64,000 nucleotides of DNA from Candidatus Eiseniibacteriota bacterium (GTDB lineage Bacteria; Eisenbacteria; RBG-16-71-46; JABDJR01): the NCBI GenBank assembly GCA_963762255.1, contig CAVXKA010000003.1, positions 832,001-896,000 on the forward strand. Reading direction: 5' to 3'. Made by a program: the position numbers and the translations under genes. Below the pieces are notes generated by a model. That model was not told the origin of the DNA. It saw only the letters and a program-made list of their open reading frames with translations, and did no database searches. Positions 62,034-64,000 of the stretch are shown piece after piece. Position 1 is the stretch's first letter. The number at the start of each line of letters is the position of its first letter.

Positions 62034-63461
62034 ATGAGTCTCCACGAACTACCGTCCCGCCCCCTCCTTGATGCGCAGGCGGCCCGGCTTGCAGCCGGGC
62101 TGCGCCTCCGGGGGGTTCATCGGGGCGATCGCATCGCTCTCTTCATGAACAACCGGCCGGAGTTCGTGGTCGCCTATCTGGCCACGGGCCTCCTGGGAGC
62201 GATCGCGGTCCCCGTCAATCCCCGCTATCGCCGCGTCGAGTTGGGCCACATCCTCTCCGACGCGCGCCCCCGGTTGGTGATCACCGAGCGGGCGCAGCTA
62301 CCCCACATGGACGACGTCGACGCCTCGGCGCGCGCCTCGCTGGATGCGGTGCTCTGCGCCGAGGAGATCGAAGCCTGGAAGGCCGACGAGCGCGGATTCG
62401 AGGCCGCACCCGCCGGGAGCGACGACGTCGCCCTCCTCATCTACACATCCGGCACGACCGGCCCCAGCAAAGGCGCGATGCTCACGAGGGGGAACATTGC
62501 CGCCACCGTCGAGGCGCTGCTCTCTGCGTGGGAGTGGTCCGCGCGTGATCGCCTTCTCCTTACGCTCCCGCTTTTTCACGTGCACGGGCTCATCGTGGGG
62601 CTCTGCTGCGCGCTGGCCGCCGGCGCCTCGGTGCTCCTCCCGCCGAGGTTCGATGCCGCCGACGTCATCGAGAGCCTCGCCGCCGGAGAGGCGACCCTCT
62701 TCTTCGGCGTGCCGACCCTGTACACACGCCTGATCGAGGAACTGGAGCGAGGGCCGCAGCGGGACTTCTCCCGGGTGCGACTCTTCTGCAGCGGAAGCGC
62801 GCCGCTCGCGCCGGAGACGATGGCCGCGTTCGAGCGGCTCACGGGTCACACAATTCTGGAGCGCTACGGCATGACCGAGACCGGGATGACCTTGAGCAAT
62901 CCCTATCGCGGTGCGCGCGTGCCGGGAAGCGTCGGCACGCCCCTGCCCGGTGTGTCCATCCGCATCGTGGACGAGAACGGGGCCGACGTCGCTGCAGACG
63001 AACCCGGCGAGTTGCTCGTGCACGGTAGCAACGTCTTCGCCGGATACTGGCAGGCTCCGGAGAAGACCGCCGCCGCGTTTGAAGTGGATGCCGCCGGGCG
63101 CCTCTGGTTCCGAACCGGAGATCTCGCGCGGCGGGATGCATCCACCGGCTACGTGACCCTGCTCGGCCGCCGTCACGATCTCATCCTGAGCGGCGGGTTC
63201 AACGTCTACCCGCTCGAGATCGAAACGGTGCTGACGGCTTTCCCCGGCGTCACCGAGGCGGCGGTCGTGGGCAAGCCGCACGCGCGATGGGGAGAGACGC
63301 CTGTGGCGTATCTGGTCTGCGCGCCGGGCGTGGATCGCGAGGCGCTGTTGGCCCACTGTCGATCCCAGCTTGCGGGGTTCAAGGTGCCGAGCGAGATCCA
63401 CTTCGTGAGCGCTCTCCCCCGGAACGCCCTGGGGAAGATCCAGCGAAGTTTGCTACCCTGA
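62034..63461 (+). CDS. Acyl-CoA synthetase (MatB/malonyl-CoA synthetase-like)
   Basis: YTSGTTGPSKG, LPLFHVHGL, SGSAPL, ERYGMTET, WFRTGD, PRNALGKI. Confidence 0.9.
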   Translation: MSLHELPSRPLLDAQAARLAAGLRLRGVHRGDRIALFMNNRPEFVVAYLATGLLGAIAVPVNPRYRRVELGHILSDARPRLVITERAQLPHMDDVDASARASLDAVLCAEEIEAWKADERGFEAAPAGSDDVALLIYTSGTTGPSKGAMLTRGNIAATVEALLSAWEWSARDRLLLTLPLFHVHGLIVGLCCALAAGASVLLPPRFDAADVIESLAAGEATLFFGVPTLYTRLIEELERGPQRDFSRVRLFCSGSAPLAPETMAAFERLTGHTILERYGMTETGMTLSNPYRGARVPGSVGTPLPGVSIRIVDENGADVAADEPGELLVHGSNVFAGYWQAPEKTAAAFEVDAAGRLWFRTGDLARRDASTGYVTLLGRRHDLILSGGFNVYPLEIETVLTAFPGVTEAAVVGKPHARWGETPVAYLVCAPGVDREALLAHCRSQLAGFKVPSEIHFVSALPRNALGKIQRSLLP

Positions 63462-63540
63462 CCGTCGTGAGTCCCTTCCGGTCCCTCGCGAAGGACGAGG
63501 CCGGACGGTCGCGCGAACCATCGAGGAGCCGCTCACCGAC

Positions 63541-64000
63541 ATGCTGAACCGAATACCCAAAGTGCTCTGCGCGCTCGTACTGGCAGCATTGATTGTGCGC
63601 CTGGTGTTCGCCGGCGCGGTCCTGGGGCTGCACGCTCCCTTCCGAGGCGATGAGTCCGATTACCATGCGATCGCGACGAACCTGGCCGCCGGGCACGGGT
63701 TCGTCAAACACATCGGCATCCCGACCGCAGCCCGCCCCCCGTTCTATCCGTTGGCGCTGGCCGCGGTCTACAAGGTCTTCGGCGCGGACGTCGTCGTGGG
63801 ACGGCTCTTCCAGGTGCTCCTCGGCGCCCTGATCGTTCCCCTGACCTACCTTCTGGCGCGAAGACTTTTCTCGCGCGGCATCGCACTGCTCGCGGCGGCG
63901 ATTTCTGCCTTCAACCCGTTTCTCATCTTCATCAGCGGCTATCTGCTGACCGAGAACCTCTACACCGTGCTTCTGCTGATGGCCATGATCCTCCTCACCG
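63541..64000 (+). CDS. ArnT/PMT-family (GT-C) glycosyltransferase, runs off window
   Basis: MLNRIPK...GDESDYHAIATNLAAGHG...RPPFYPLALA...YLLARRLF...LTENL; not in ORF track. Confidence 0.82.
   Translation, partial: MLNRIPKVLCALVLAALIVRLVFAGAVLGLHAPFRGDESDYHAIATNLAAGHGFVKHIGIPTAARPPFYPLALAAVYKVFGADVVVGRLFQVLLGALIVPLTYLLARRLFSRGIALLAAAISAFNPFLIFISGYLLTENLYTVLLLMAMILLT

Overview
GC-rich bacterial window. The secreted proteins with C-terminal TWGxxK-like tails suggest a candidate-phylum FCB-group organism such as Eisenbacteria/Latescibacteria/Krumholzibacteria (inference only). Left to right: (1) an ApbE-DUF3570-DUF4266-TlpA extracytosolic flavinylation cluster; (2) a ~17.7 kb Wzx/Wzy-type exopolysaccharide locus with three fused enzymes, flanked by an intact gene and a decayed 5' copy of it; (3) peptide-utilisation genes (secreted PepF, OPT, S9 peptidase) and an MBOAT/sugar-oxidoreductase group; (4) a sigma-54 two-component system plus lipoprotein, divergent from a perfect sigma-54 promoter. 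That promoter precedes the most striking element: an operon encoding a His-rich inner-membrane protein, a membrane-anchored ferredoxin/NADPH flavoprotein, a ~23-heme cytochrome c, a ~82-heme cytochrome built from 24 tandem 73-aa tri-heme repeats, and an outer-membrane beta-barrel. This is a candidate cytoplasm-to-surface electron conduit. (5) The window ends with a MacAB-type exporter, a P-loop protein, a B12 radical SAM, an ECF sigma/anti-sigma pair, cysK/cysE, an acyl-CoA synthetase and a partial ArnT-like gene. Many single-base indels between ~43.4 and 56.2 kb look like assembly errors. Heme and repeat counts were done by eye across frames and are approximate.
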